Notes under the pieces: generated by a model
Seen by the model: the letters and a program-made list of their open reading frames with translations, nothing else
Told to the model about the DNA's origin: nothing
Database searches by the model: none
Part shown: positions 1 to 13,282 of the stretch, piece by piece
Layout of the letters: each line of letters starts with the position of its first letter
Position numbering within the stretch: the stretch's first letter is position 1
Translations under genes and position numbers: made by a program
Assembly: GCA_002269645.1 (NCBI GenBank)
Contig: NIVC01003250.1
Span: forward strand, 45,117-109,116
Direction: 5' to 3'
Length of the DNA: 64,000 nt
Origin: Macrostomum lignano
Lineage: Eukaryota

Positions 1-310
1 AATTCCAATCTAATCCCAGTATATTCCGATATAATCCCAATCTAATCCCAATCTAGATCTAGATCTAATTACAGTCTAATCCGATCTAATCCCGATCTAA
101 TCCTGATCTAATCCAACTCTAATCTAACTTTAATCCTAATCTAATCCCAATCTAATATGATCTAATTTAGATCTATAATTACAGTCTAATCCGATCTAAT
201 CCTGATCTAATCCTGATCTAATCCTGATCTAATCCTGATCTAATCCCACTCTAATCTAACTCTAATCCTAATCTAATCCCGATCTAGTCCAAAACTAATC
301 CCGATCTACC
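1..310. repeat. Degenerate ~11-bp tandem repeat (CTAATCCYGAT)
   Basis: Repeated ctaatcctgat/ctaatcccaat units. Confidence 0.7.
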
Positions 311-974
311 TTGATGTAACCAAATTTTTTCTCCCTTTCCATTTCAGTTCTAAACTACGCTTGTATATTGTTGCAGCTTTTCTCATTTCCTACCCTCGCG
401 ATCCCAGTACAGCTCTATTATTCCGTATTTCAGCGTATTGCACTTGGTTGGACTATAACTACTGTATACTAAGACTACTTCTTTTAGAAGTGAGCCCACG
501 AGCGCAGAATAAAAGCTTGAATGCTGTGTTTAGTCTCGTAATTTTTCCAGAAAAGTTATTTTCTGGGAAACTTCGAACCCATCCCAATCTAAGAGTCCAG
601 CAAGAGAAAGAAGAAAGGATATCGAACTCGTGTGTGCTGCACGCACCGCTTGCAGTCGTAGTTAATCTATTCATCTCTCCCCTCTTCCGTATTTCTGGCA
701 GAGCTCACTCGCTCGAATAGATCCCCAACAGATCAGTTGATAGCAAAAATAACGATTCGCGTTGAGAAATCTAATAAGTTCTCCCATTCAGTTTAGTTTC
801 AGCCTAGTATCCCTCAGCATGTCAGTTCGTGACAGACTAAAGTACAAACTAGAACGCTACACTTGTGCAAATCGTTTAATTGAATCTCATTAGAGAATGG
901 TTTTTACCTCTGTGAAATGCATAGGTGAGATGGGAAGCGCTGAATTCTCAATGTCTCTCTCTACCTTCCCATAG

Positions 975-2705
975 ACAAAGCTGAGATGCTCAGTCTCACG
1001 GGCTGAGTTGCTAAGATGCTCAGTCTCACGGGCTGAGTTGCTGAGATGCTAAGTCTCATGGTGGGGGGAGTTGCTGAGATGCTCAGTCTCATGGTGGGGG
1101 GAGTTGCTGAGATGTTCAGTCTCATGGTGGGGGGAGTTGCTGAGATGCTCAGTCTCACGGGGTGAGTTGCTGAGATGCTCAGTCTCATGCTGGGGGGAGT
1201 TGCTGAGATGCTCAGTCTCACGGGGTGAGTTGCTGAGATGTTCAGTCTCACGGGAGAGTTGCTGAGATGCTCAGTCTCATGCTGGGGGGAGTTGCTGAGA
1301 TGCTCAGTCTCACGGGGTGAGTTGCTGAGATGTTCAGTCTCACGGGAGAGTTGCTGAGATGCTCAGTCTCATGCTGGGGGGAGTTGCTGAGATGCTCAGT
1401 CTCACGGGGTGAGTTGCTGAGATGTTCAGTCTCACGGGAGAGTTGCTGAGATGCTCAGTCTCATGGTGGGGGGAGTTGCTGAGATGCTCAGTCTCATGGT
1501 GGGGGGAGTTGCTGAGATGTTCAGTCTCACGGGAGAGTTGCTGAAATGCTCAGTCTCAGTCTTACGGGAGAGTTGCTGAGATGCTCAGTCTCATGGTGGG
1601 GGGAGTTGCTGAGATGTTCAGTCTCATGGTGGGGGGAGTTGCTGAGATGCTCAGTCTCACGGGGTGAGTTGCTGAGATGCTCAGTCTCATGCTGGGGGGG
1701 AGTTGCTGAGATGCTCAGTCTCACGGGGTGAGTTGCTGAGATGTTCAGTCTCACGGGAGAGTTGCTGAGATGCTCAGTCTCATGCTGGGGGGAGTTGCTG
1801 AGATGCTCAGTCTCACGGGGTGAGTTGCTGAGATGTTCAGTCTCACGGGAGAGTTGCTGAGATGCTCAGTCTCATGGTGGGGGGAGTTGCTGAGATGCTC
1901 AGTCTCACGGGGTGAGTTGCTGAGATGTTCAGTCTCACGGGAGAGTTGCTGAGATGCTCAGTCTCATGCTGGGGGGAATTGCTGAGATGCTCAGTCTCAC
2001 GGGGTGAGTTGCTGAGATGTTCAGTCTCACGGGAGAGTTGCTGAGATGCTCAGTCTCATGGTGGGGGAGTTGCTGAGATGCTCAGTCTCATGGTGGGGGA
2101 GTTGCTGAGATGCTCAGTTTCATGCTGGGGGGGAGTTGCTGAGATGCTCAGTCTCACGGGGTGAGTTGCTGAGATGTTCAGTCTCACGGGAGAGTTGCTG
2201 AGATGCTCAGTCTCATGGTGGGGGGAGTTGCTGAGATGCTCAGTCTCACGGGGTGAGTTGCTGAGATGCTCAGTCTCACGGGAGAGTTGCTGAGATGCTC
2301 AGTCTCATGGTGGGGGGAGTTGCTGAGATGTTCAGTCTCACGAGAGAGTTGCTGAGATGCTCAGTCTCATGGTCGGGAGGAGTTGCTGAGATGCTCAGAC
2401 TCATCGTCGGGAGGAGTTGCTGAGATGCTCAGTCTCATGGTCGGGAGGAGTTGCTGAGATGTTCAGTCTCACGGGAGAGTTGCTGAGATGCTCAGTCTCA
2501 CGGGAGAGTTGCTGAGATGCTCAGTCTCAGTCTTATGGGAGGAGTTGCTGAGATGCTCAGTCTCACGGGGGAGTCGCTGAAATGCTCAGTCTCACGGGGG
2601 AGTTGCTGAGATGCTCAGTCTCACGGGGGAGTTGCTGCGACACTCAGTCTCACGGGGGAGTTGCTGTAAAGCTCAGTCTCAGTCTCACGGGAGAGTTGCT
2701 GAGAT
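975..2705. repeat. 28-33-bp minisatellite GAGTTGCTGAGATGCTCAGTCTCA+G-run
   Basis: More than 50 visible units; the internal CTGAG-atg-CTCAG is self-complementary. Confidence 0.95.
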
Positions 2706-3159
2706 TCCATGGCTCAACTGAGTATTTCTGGTAGGCCCAACATCAAAGGAGGAGGTAAGTTAGGCCCTGGATTACGGGAAGTTACTGAAATGCCATCTGT
2801 CAAGAGGAAGCTTTGATCCCAAAGCTCACAGGGAATGCTGATAATGAGGCCAGTTGATAAATGTGAAAACAGAAAACAGTTATGATCATAGAGCCGTATT
2901 GCAAACTGTGTAATTATTACTGTCAAGTATTTTTAAAGAATCAACCAGCAGAGCTTGGAAGCAGTGCAACTCATCTCTCCCTCAGAGAAGCTACCTGTGT
3001 TCAGGGTGACAATTACCTGTGCAAAAATTTCTAAAGCGAAATTACTAAGAAAAACTCGTTGCAAAAGAAACAAAGATCAACCGTCGGGCAACTACAAAAA
3101 GAAGTTTGTCGTGAGTTTTTCATCGTGTTCTGATAATAAATTCGATCATTGAAGAGAGC

Positions 3160-5335
3160 TCAACTGGCGATTGCCTCTTTCGGCAGCTCGATGGCCGCCA
3201 CGACAGGTGCGGCTTGCTGCTGCTGCTGCTGCTGCTGTTGCTGTTGTTGAAGCTGCGGCTGCTGCCAGGGCCGCAGGATCTCCTCGATGCTGCCGCGGCC
3301 GAAAACTTCGCCCAAAGGCAGCCGATGGTCGCGCACGAAGCGCAGAGTGTCGCGCAGCTGCTTGGTGTAGGCGGATGGGCGCTCCTGGGCCGGGCAGGGG
3401 CTGAAAAACTTCACCAGCTTGTCGTCTGGCATGCTGATCAGAAAGTCCAGTGACAGCCCGCCCGCCTGCGGCTGCCGGTAGGAGAACGGCTCGATGACGA
3501 GGCGCTGCGGCAGGCCCGAGTCGTACACGCAGGCCGGGCCCGACTGGCTGCTCAGGAAGCGGGCGCCGCGCAGGGCCGCCCAGGGCCCGCGGTCCTCGAA
3601 CTCGGCCGGTGTCAGGCGAGCTCGGCGCACGCAGAAGGCGACGCCCTGGAATAATTAATTGGAGGACGGCGCTTAACCGGAACTGGCTGCGACGGAAGTC
3701 AATGAAAAACCGGAAATGGCTGCGACGAAAGTCAATGAAAAACCGGAAATGGCTGTGACGGAGGTCAATGAAGAACCAGAAATGGCTGTGACGGAGGTCA
3801 ATGAAGAACCAGAAATGGCTGTGACGGAGGTCAATGAAGAACCGGAAACGTCTGTGACGGAGGTCAATGAAGAACCGGAAATGACCGTGACGGAAGTCAA
3901 TGAAAAACCGGAAATGGCTGTGACGGAGGTCAATGAAGAACCAGAAATGGCTGTGACGGAGGTCAATGAAGAACCGGAAACGTCTGTGACGGAGGTCAAT
4001 GAAGAACCGGAAATGACCGCGACAGAAGTCAATGAAGAACCAGATTTGGCTGTGACGAAAGTTAATGAAGAACCGGAAATGGCTGTGACGGAGGATAAAA
4101 AACTGAAACAACTACGCCAAATTGATCCCTTTGATCCCCACCTGGATGATGGGGTAGGCCGTGTCGTCAATGACGCGGCTGTTGACGTGAGCCACGCAGG
4201 CAGTGCGCAGATGAAACTCAAACGGCGAGGACTGCATCGCCAGCAAGAGGTCGCCGGTGAGGCGCATCGTTTCCAGCGCCGGGTCCTGAAAGCCGCCGAC
4301 CAGGTGGGCGTCCAGCTGGAGTCCGAGGCGGCTCTGACGGCTCAGCGGCTGTAGCGGCGACTGGCGAAGCATGCGTTCGATGCAGGTCTGCGGGTGGGCG
4401 GAGGTTGAGTCGCGGATAGAGCGCCGCAGTGTCAGGGGAGGTAAGGGAGTGTCAGGGGAGGTGGGGGAGTGTCAGGGGAGGTAGGGGAGTGTCAGGGGAG
4501 GTGGGAAAGTGTCAGGGGAGGTGAGGGAGTGTCAGAGGAGGTAGGGGAGTGTCAGGGGAGGTGGGAGAGTGTCAGGGGAGGTAGGGGAGTGTCAGGGGAG
4601 GTGAGGGAGTGTCAGAGGAGGTAGGGGAGTGTTAGGGGAGGTAGGGGAGTGTCAGGGGAGGTGGGGAGTGTCAGGGGAGGTATGGGAGTGTCAGGGGAGG
4701 TGGGGGAGTGTCAGGGGAGGTATGGGAGTGTCAGGGGAGGTAGGGGAGTGTCAGGGGAGGTAGGGGAGTGTTAGGGGAGGTAGGGGAGTGTCAGGGGAGG
4801 TAGGGGAGTGTCAGGGGAGGTAGGGGAGTGTCAGGGGAGGTAGGGGAGTATCAGGGGAGGTAGGGGAGTGTCAGGGGAGGTAGGGGAGTGTCAGGGGAGG
4901 TAGGGGAGAACGTCAAGAGAGTCTTAGTGAGATCAAAAAAGTAATGAAGGAAAATTATAGTCTAGTGAGTCTTGATGCAGACAGCAAATGGCAGATGCGG
5001 CTCACCTTGATGAAGGCGCCAGCTCCGCAGCCGTCATATTTCAGCATGCAGGTGTCGCCATTTGAGATGCGCCTGAGCACGAGGACAAGGCAGCTGGTGG
5101 CTCCATCGCTGCCCAGAGTTCTGACGCAGGGATCACAAGAGCTCACGACAGCCATCTCGCGCTGGTGAAGGTACAACAAGCCGTCCTGCTGGCCCGTGAA
5201 CCTCTTCACGGCCATGCTCTTGAGCTGGTTGGCAGCGGTGACTAAGGCCATGTTTGAACTGATTAGCATGTACACCTGCTCGGGGTTGGACAGGATTTCG
5301 GAGGACACGGGCTTGGCTCGAATTAGCAGAACCAT
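3160..5335 (-). CDS. NTAN1: Protein N-terminal asparagine amidohydrolase (N-degron pathway), 3 exons, ~353 aa
   Basis: Exons 5335-5006, 4387-4142 and 3645-3160; all introns GT-AG, phase 0. Motifs match human NTAN1 as recalled: GLLYLHQREMAV..LGSDGATSCLVLVLR (cf. GLLYVQQRELAV..LGSDDATTCHIVVLR), LDAHLVGGF, YPIIQ|GVAF, AEFEDRGP, LRDTLRFV. PolyQ near the C-terminus. Confidence 0.92.
3680..4095. repeat. 33-bp minisatellite in NTAN1 intron 2
   Basis: GACGGAGGTCAATGAAGAACCGGAAATGGCTGT, ~12 copies. Confidence 0.95.
4428..4908. repeat. 20-bp G-rich minisatellite in NTAN1 intron 1
   Basis: GTGTCAGGGGAGGTAGGGGA, ~24 copies. Confidence 0.95.
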
Positions 5336-5772
5336 TTTGTGTCTGTCTTCGCTTCTGTCAGTGAATTCTCTAACTTGGCGGAATAACAGATTCAATATCA
5401 ACCATGCAGCAGTGCCTTTCTCTTTAGCTTGCTCGAAAACATTTTTTTTTATTTTCTGTACGCTAGTCATTTAGTCTATGGCCAAGACCAGTTAGCGAGC
5501 AACTTTCTGTCTATTTTAAAAGTGCAATTCGCTTCAATATTTTTGTCACCAGTTTGTTTGCCATAAACAATGTGGGAAATAATATCTGCATAAAAACTTA
5601 TGTAATTTCTTAACTTTAATGCAACTTGGAAATCGAACTTAGCCCTATTTGTCCCTTGCGTTCAATTATACAATCATGTTTGTGTGGAAAAGGATATAGG
5701 TTGTCTAAAATACCGCATACTGCACTAGGCGGTTTATGTTACTATAAGTAGGCAATTACGTATATGTAATTG

Positions 5773-5969
5773 CAGACAGACAGAGACGGACAGAAACAGA
5801 CAGACAGAGACGGACAGAAACAGACAGACAGAGACGGACAGAAACAGACAGACAGAGACGGACAGAAACAGACAGACAGAGACGGACAGAAACAGACAGA
5901 CAGAGACGGACAGAAACAGACAGACAGAGACGGACAGAAACAGACAGACAGACAGACAGAGAGACAGCC

Positions 5970-6006
<37 letters not shown>

Positions 6007-6035
6007 GCCAGACAGCCAGACAGCCAAACAGACAG
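5773..6035. repeat. GACA-derived 24-bp repeat grading into (GACA)n
   Basis: GACAGACAGAGACGGACAGAAACA, ~7 copies, then (GACA)n. Confidence 0.95.
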
Positions 6036-7094
6036 ACAAAAATCAAATTATAAGGCACTAACAGACTTTTAGTTGAGACCACGAGCCCTTACTATTTTTA
6101 TTTGATGCTGAGAACTTCATGGCATTTCTGTCAAATATCTGAGACAAAAACTTCCGACCTAGGTGGGACTTGCAAGGTGAAAATTTAAAGTTCTCAGCAA
6201 TTTAAAGTAAACAAACATCTTGGAAAAAGATAACACTAATTACAAACAGAAAAAAACTAGCTTGAAAAATCCAGGAAAATAATAATTAAATCAGCTAGAA
6301 GCGTGAGCGCACTTCCTTGTTGAAACTTTCCCAGGTTTTCAAAATTCGAATTCGAATTAAAAATCATGATTAACTACAGAATCCGAGCAAGATAATTGAC
6401 ATTTCAAATCTCCCTGTGCTTCCTGGGCAGACAGAATCCAAACCGTGGAGCAGCTCCAAACGCAAAAGAGGCAAAAGCAAGCAAGCTCAACGCTCTTTCA
6501 GTGCTTTAATCATCTCTTTTAGCGGTGTTGACACTTCTTAGAAGCTGCCTTGGAGCTTTGGTTGCTCGAGAATAGATTTTTTTGTTTAAATTCAACGCGG
6601 GCAGTTGAGGGCTGGGTAAGGGAGTTGTGGGCTGGAGCTCGCATCGTGTCATTTGCAGTGAAAACATGTCAGGAGAAAAATAATTTCCACCTGCATTAGT
6701 CTTGCCTCTTGTAGAAGAACTTAGTACAGAGTCCCGTGAGCTGAGCAATTCTGTCCAGCTGATTCATTCATCTCTCGCACCCAGCAACCCGAGGCAACCG
6801 AGTTGAGGCAAGATTTCCAGTCACCCCCCATGCTCACTGCTGATAGTTTCCGCTCTCTGCTCACACATTTTCGCATTGAACTCAACCTAAAACGATGATT
6901 ATTAACTTCGGTTCAAACCGCTTCAGCTTCGGATTCTGACCTTAAATTGTGCCCCACCTTTTCCGCTGCCAAGCGCTGACAATGGCGTCATGGAGCTCTG
7001 AATTAAATCGAGCATCTGGAATTGGAGTTGTAAGCTGAACACCCCACCCTCCTTCATCAGCTCAACAAAGTGGCGCCCCCTGACGTAGGCGCTC

Positions 7095-8050
7095 ACTGAA
7101 ATGAAATGGGGCGCCATTCAAACAAAATGGCACCTACTCAAATGAAATGGCGCCAACTCAAATGAAATGGCGCCAACTCAAATGAAATAGCGCCAACTCA
7201 AATGAAATGGCGCCCACTCAAATGAAGCGGCGCCTACTCAAATGAAATGGCGCCTACTCAAATGAAATGGCGCCTACTCAAATGAAATGGCGCCTACTCA
7301 AATGAATGGCGCCCACTCAAATGAAATGGCGCCTACTCAAATGAAATGGCGCCTACTCAAATGAAATGGCGCCTACTCCGATGAAATAGTGCCTACTCAA
7401 ATGAAACGGCGCCTACTCAAACAAAATGGCGCCTACTCCGATGAAATAGCGCCTACCCAAATGAAATGGCGCCTACTCAAATGAAATGGTGCTTACTCAA
7501 ATGAAATGGCGCCTACTCAAATGAAATGGCGCCTACCCAAATAAAATGGCGCCTACTCAAATGAAATGGCGCCTACTAAAATGAAATGGCGCCCACTAAA
7601 ATGAAATAGCGCCCACTCAAATGAAGTAGTTCAAATGAACAAATCAACTACTCAAATTAAATGGCGCCTACTCAAATGAAATGGCGCCTACTCAAATGAA
7701 ATGGCGCCTACTCAAATGAAATGGCGCCTACTCAAATGAAATGGCGCCTACTCAAATGAAATGCTTACTCAAATAAAATGGCGCCTACTCCGATGAAATG
7801 GCGCCTAGTCAAATGAAATGGCGCCCCATGAAATGAAATGGCGCCTATTCAAATGAAATGGGGTCTACTTAAATGAACTGGCGCCTATTCAAATGAAATT
7901 GGGTCTACTTAAATGAGCTGGCGCCTATTCAAAGGAAATTACGCCTACTCAAATGAAATGGCGCCCCATGAAATGAAATGGCGCCTATTTAAATGAGATG
8001 GCGCCCACTCAAATAAAATGGCGCCACTCAAACAAAATGGCACCCACTCA
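7095..8050. repeat. 20-bp minisatellite GGCGCCTACTCAAATGAAAT
   Basis: Directly visible, ~45 units. Confidence 0.95.
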
Positions 8051-8427
8051 ACTCAAGTCCAGATCGTTTAGTTTTAGAGCTCCATGGTTTAAGCTGTAGG
8101 GTGGGGGCGCAAGCGGTTCCCAGAGAGGGGCAGCGGACAAAGACAGGACCGGGCCTGCACTAGGATTCGCAAATGCTGGCCCACTCAGACAGAGGTTTTT
8201 TCCGAATTGAAGAGAAGCCGTAACTGAGCAATTCAATAGCGCCATGGACCTCTGAAAGACAACGGATTGCCATTGGGACTGGAATTGAAAACCAGCAAGA
8301 TTGAGAACTTAGTGGCACAGTCCAGGGGGTAATTTCTGGTTCCTGACTCCTGACCTCCCCTCCCCAACGGCCGACCAAAAGTTTATTTTTTAAAATTTTC
8401 AACAAAAATGGTGATGGGTACACGTTT

Positions 8428-9010
8428 GGCGCTAAAATATTGATAAATTGGCGCCAAAAAGATTGATAAATTGGCGCTAAACATATTGATAAATTGGCGC
8501 TAAACATATTGATAAATTGGCGCTAAACATATTGATAAATTGGCGCTAAACATACTGATAAACTGGCGCTAAACATACTGATAAATTGGCGCTAAACATA
8601 CTGATAAATTGGCGCTAAACATACTGATAAACTGGCGCTAAACATACTGATAAACTGGCGCTAAACATACTGATAAATTGGCGCTAAACATATTGATAAA
8701 TTGGCGCTAAACATACTGATAAACTGGCGCTAAACATACTGATAAATTGGCGCTAAACATACTGATAAACTGGCGCTAAACATACTGATAAACTGGCGCT
8801 AAACATATTGATAAATTGGCGCTAAACATATTGATAAATTGGCGCTAAACATACTGATAAACTGGCGCTAAACATACTGATAAACTGGCGCTAAACATAC
8901 TGATAAATTGGCGCTAAACATACTGATAAAGTGGCGCTAAACATACTCATAAATTGGCGCTAAACATACTCATAAATTGGCGCTAAACATATTGATACAT
9001 TGGCGCTAAA
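8428..9010. repeat. 23-bp minisatellite GGCGCTAAACATACTGATAAATT
   Basis: Directly visible, ~25 units. Confidence 0.95.
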
Positions 9011-9584
9011 ATCTCCACATGTTTGCAGTGCTGAAAATTCTTTGCCAAATTTTTGTTTTACTATCTTATATGGAGAGCTCCCGTTCTGGTGTTAGATGTT
9101 CGTTGTCACAAACGGTGCAAGTCCAGTCCAGTTTCATTCTCTTATTCAGTAGTCCATGCCCCTGTTGTGGTGGCGTTTGGCTTTGTTTAGGAAAAGGCTC
9201 AAATTGCCCTGTATTTATTTTATAGCACTGAATGAAAGCATCAAGAGCCACAAGGCATCCCTGATCTGCTTCCCCGATCTTTTGCGGAACTTCTTATAAA
9301 CTTATTGCCTAGCAGACAGTGGGAAAGCTCTGTTGCCAGTGGTCCTCATTATTAGTAGGGGACGTTTGTATTACGCTCTATGCATATTGTGTATTCCGAA
9401 CTTTTACGGTAAGACATCAAACGAGAGACTTAATTAGCTTGGAGCCTGCAGTCTGTCCGAAGGCTTCTAGATAATAGGGATATTATTTCGAAAACATATT
9501 TTGATAGTATAGGTCGTAAAAATATTGTAAAAATATGAATATGAATACTAGCTGGTACATAAGTAAAAAAGATGCCTTTGAGTT

Positions 9585-11025
9585 TTGAAGTTCTGGGGTT
9601 GTGAAGCTCTGGGATTGAGAACTTTTGGGGTTTGTTTGTAGTTTTGGAGTTGTGAAATTTTGGAGTTGTGAAGTTTTGGGGTTGTGAAGTTTTGGGGTTG
9701 TGAAGTTTTGGAGTTGTGAAGTTTTGGAGTTGTGAAGTTTTGGGGTTGTGAAGTTTCGGGGTTGTAAAGTTTTGGGATTGAGAAGTTTTGGGGTTGTGAA
9801 GTTTTGGGGTTGTAAAGTTTTGGGATTGAGAAGTTTTGGGGTTGTGAAGTTTTGGGGTTGTGAAGTTTTGGGGTTGTGAAGTTTTGGGGTTGTGAAGTTT
9901 TGGGGTTGTGAAGTTTTGGGGTTGTGAAGTTTTGGGGTTGTAGAGTTTTGGGGTTGTGAAGTCTTGGGGTTGAGAAGTTTTGGGGTTGTGAAGTTTTGGG
10001 GTTGTGAAGTTTTGTGGTTGTGAAGTTTTGGGTTTGTGAAGTTTTGGGGTTGTAAAGTTTAGGGGTTTAAAAATTTTTGGGGTTGTAAAGTTTTGGTGTT
10101 GTGAAGTTTTGGGGTTGTGAAGTTTTTAATTTGTGAAGTTTTGGGGTTGTGAAGTTTTGCGGTTGTGAAGTTTTGGGGTTGTGAAGTTTTGAGTTTGTGA
10201 AGTTTTGGGGTTGTGAAGTTTTGGGGTTGTGATGTTTTGGGGTTGTGGAGTTTTGCGGTTGTGAAGTTTTGGGGTTGTGAAGTTTTGGGGTTGTGAAGTT
10301 TTGGGATTGAGAACTTTTGAGGTTTGAAGTTTTAGGGTTGTGAAGTTTTGGGGTTGTGAAGTTTTGGGGTTTAAAGTTTTGGGGTTGTAAAGTTTTGGTG
10401 TTGTGAAGTTTTGGGGTTGTGAAGTGCCTATGTAAGTTTTGGGGTTGTGAAGTTTTGGGGTTGTAAAGTTTTGGTGTTGTGAAGTTTTGGGGTTGTAAAG
10501 TTTTGGGATTGAGAAGTTTTGGGGTTGTAATGTTTTGGGGTTGTGAAGTTTTGGGGTTGTAAAGTTTTGGGGTTTTGAAGTTTTGGGGTTGTAAAGTTTT
10601 GGGGTTTTGAAGTTTTGGGGTTGTAAAGTTTTGGGGTTGTGAAGTTTTGGGGTTGTGAAGTTTTGGGTTTGTGAAGTTTTGGGGTTGTAAAGTTTTGGGG
10701 TTGTGAAGTTTTGGGGTTGTAAAGTTTTGGGGTTGTGAAGTTTTGGGGTTGTGAAGTTTTGGGGTTGTGAAGTTTTGGGGTTGTGAAGTTTTGGGGTTGT
10801 GAAGTTTTGGGGTTGTGAAGTTTTGAGGTTGTGAAGTTTTGGAGTTGTAAAGTTTTGGGGTTGTGAAGTTTTGGGGCTGTGAAGATTTGGGTTACGAAGT
10901 TTTGGGGTTTGAAGTTTTGGGACTGTGAAAATTTGGGTTGCGAAGTTTTAGGTTTGTGAAGTTTTAAGGTTGTGACGTTTTGAGGTTGTGACGTTTTGGG
11001 GTTGTGACGTTTTGGGGTTGTGAAA
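9585..11025. repeat. 16-bp minisatellite GAAGTTTTGGGGTTGT
   Basis: Directly visible, ~85 units. Confidence 0.95.
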
Positions 11026-11444
11026 TAATTTTATTGAATCGATTAAAAACAAGCACAAATTAAATTACGCTGTAAATCAAATTTAGCAGTAAAATCCACT
11101 CGGAATGAGGGGGTTGGACTGAGCAATATTGGACTAAGCAATAGTCGGTGTGTCATGCAGATATTGTCACTCATTAAGCCTGAACTCCAAGCTCAAACAA
11201 TGCAGGCTTGGACTCGGCTCTTCTTTTCTATAGCCTAGCGTAAACTTTTTTGGAGTACCGTTGCACCTGAATTTTGCAGTGGCCTGCAGTGCATTCTGTG
11301 CGGGTGTTTCTTGGTTGAGCAGGCTCTGGCTTGATTACAACGACAGTGTGAGGTAAACAGAATCATCGAGCTATTAGGGAGAAGAAATTATAAATTATTT
11401 AATATATTCATAATGGTTTCTTTATACCACTAAACAACTCCTGT

Positions 11445-12315
11445 TCTACCTCAGAATCTCACCCCAATGATTCAGCTACCTCAGAATCTCACCCCAATAA
11501 GTCAGCTACCGCAGGAATCTCACCCCAATAATTCAGCTACCTCAGAATCTCACTTCAAAAATTCAGCTACCTCAGAATCTCACCCCAATAATTCAGCTAC
11601 CTCAGAATCTCACCCCAATAATTCAGCTACCTCAGAATCTCACCCCAATAAGTCAGCTACCGCAGGAATCTCACCCCAATAAATCAGCTACCGCAGGAAT
11701 CTCACCCCAATAAATCAGCTACCGCAGGAATCTCACCCCAATAAATCAGCTACCGCAGGAATCTCACCCCAATAATTCAGCTACCTCAGAATCTCACCCC
11801 AATAATTCAGCTACCTCAGAATCTCACCCCAATAATTCAGCTACCTCAGAATCTCACCCCAATAATTCAGCTACCTCAGAATCTCACCCCAATAATTCAG
11901 CTACCTCAGAATCTCACCCCAATAAGTCAGCTACCACAGGAATCTCACCCCAATAAGTCAGCTACCGCAGGAATCTCACCCCAATAAGTCAGCTACCGCA
12001 GGAATCTCACCCCAATAAATCAGCTACCGCAGGAATCTCACCCCAATAATTCAGCTACCTCAGAATCTCACCCCAATAATTCAGCTACCTCAGAATCTCA
12101 CCCCAATAATTCAGCTACCGCAGGAATCTCACCCCAATAATTCAGCTACCTCAGAATCTCACCCCAATAATTCAGCTACCTCAGAATCTCACCCCAATAA
12201 TTCAGCTACCTCAGAATCTCACCCCAATAATTCAGCTACCTCAGAATCTCACCCCAATAATTCAGCTACCTCAGAATCTCACCCCAATAATTCAGCTACC
12301 TCAGAATCTCACCTC
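11445..12315. repeat. 30-bp minisatellite CAGCTACCTCAGAATCTCACCCCAATAATT
   Basis: Directly visible, ~28 units. Confidence 0.95.
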
Positions 12316-13282
12316 AGTACGTACATTAGCCATCACAGAATCTGAGAATCTTAAGCGATGCTTTACCGCTCGTAGATTATCCAAAACTCGTACAGGTGTT
12401 GCTTTATAAAGTCTCGCCTTAAGCTTTCAAGCTATTAGCTTGATGTAAAACTTAACATATTAAAAAATAAGTGTCGTACACAATGCCTCTTAACTTTAAT
12501 CTAGTAAGTAGTGGGCACCCAATGGTCCTACCTACACAAGCCCCGTGCACCGACCAACCCTTACAAAACCAGCTAGGCATCACATGACAATTGAGGCCCC
12601 TCACTGACTCATCTGAGACCATGGCGGTAAAAAACCGCCCCGCTGCAGAGCATTACAGACCGCCTCTGCAGCTTGTTGCATCTATATACCCTCGTAGTTA
12701 ATATTCGAATGCATTGGAAGGTACTAAAGCGTGAAGTGTGTTTTGCGGCGTGCGTGAGGCTTTTGCTTTCCTACTTAATATATGGATAGAACGAACTCCA
12801 CAACTCTGCCCTGGCTGCATCCTACTGTTATAGCAGCTTCCTAGTAAATATTAGTGAAGAATTGTAGTAAAGACGGGGGCGCGTTCGGTCGTAATTTGTT
12901 TCCATTGTTCCGCTGTGCAACTTGCCCAATCCAAGATGAGGCATGCTCTGTTGACAACACTGGGCTGGGCGGGCCTCCCCACCCTCAGGTCCAGGGGGAG
13001 CCCGCGGTGTGTCTTTCCATTTTTACTTCTCTGCGTCAGCTCTGACTCCGAGGCCCTGTGCTCCACCCCCTCCTCGCACTGAGTGGACTGTGGGGAGAGA
13101 GAGAGACAGAAGAACCTGCCATCCACCCCAGTGCCACGCTACAACTGCACGAGCCGGGGCCCGAGGGAGCAGAACAGCCAAGTGATCCAACAACAAAGAT
13201 ATTCCAGAGCTCCTTCACAAGTTGCCGAGTTTTATCCTAGCATCAACGGTTACTTTCAAGCAGTCCGGTCAGACTCACAGAG

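Noticed and set aside
1-310. Telomere or subtelomere (also 9585-11025)
   Set aside because: The units are not TTAGGG, and both arrays are interstitial among genes.
3716-4354. 212-aa plus-strand ORF (MAVTEVNEEPE)n
   Set aside because: It is the translation of a 33-bp intronic repeat plus the antisense of NTAN1 exon 2; a unit length divisible by 3 explains the lack of stops.
12620-12672. Two adjacent hairpins (GGCGG-TAAAAAA-CCGCC; GCTGCAGAG..CTCTGCAGC) upstream of EGFR
   Set aside because: Too short to assign an ncRNA or Helitron end without covariation evidence.
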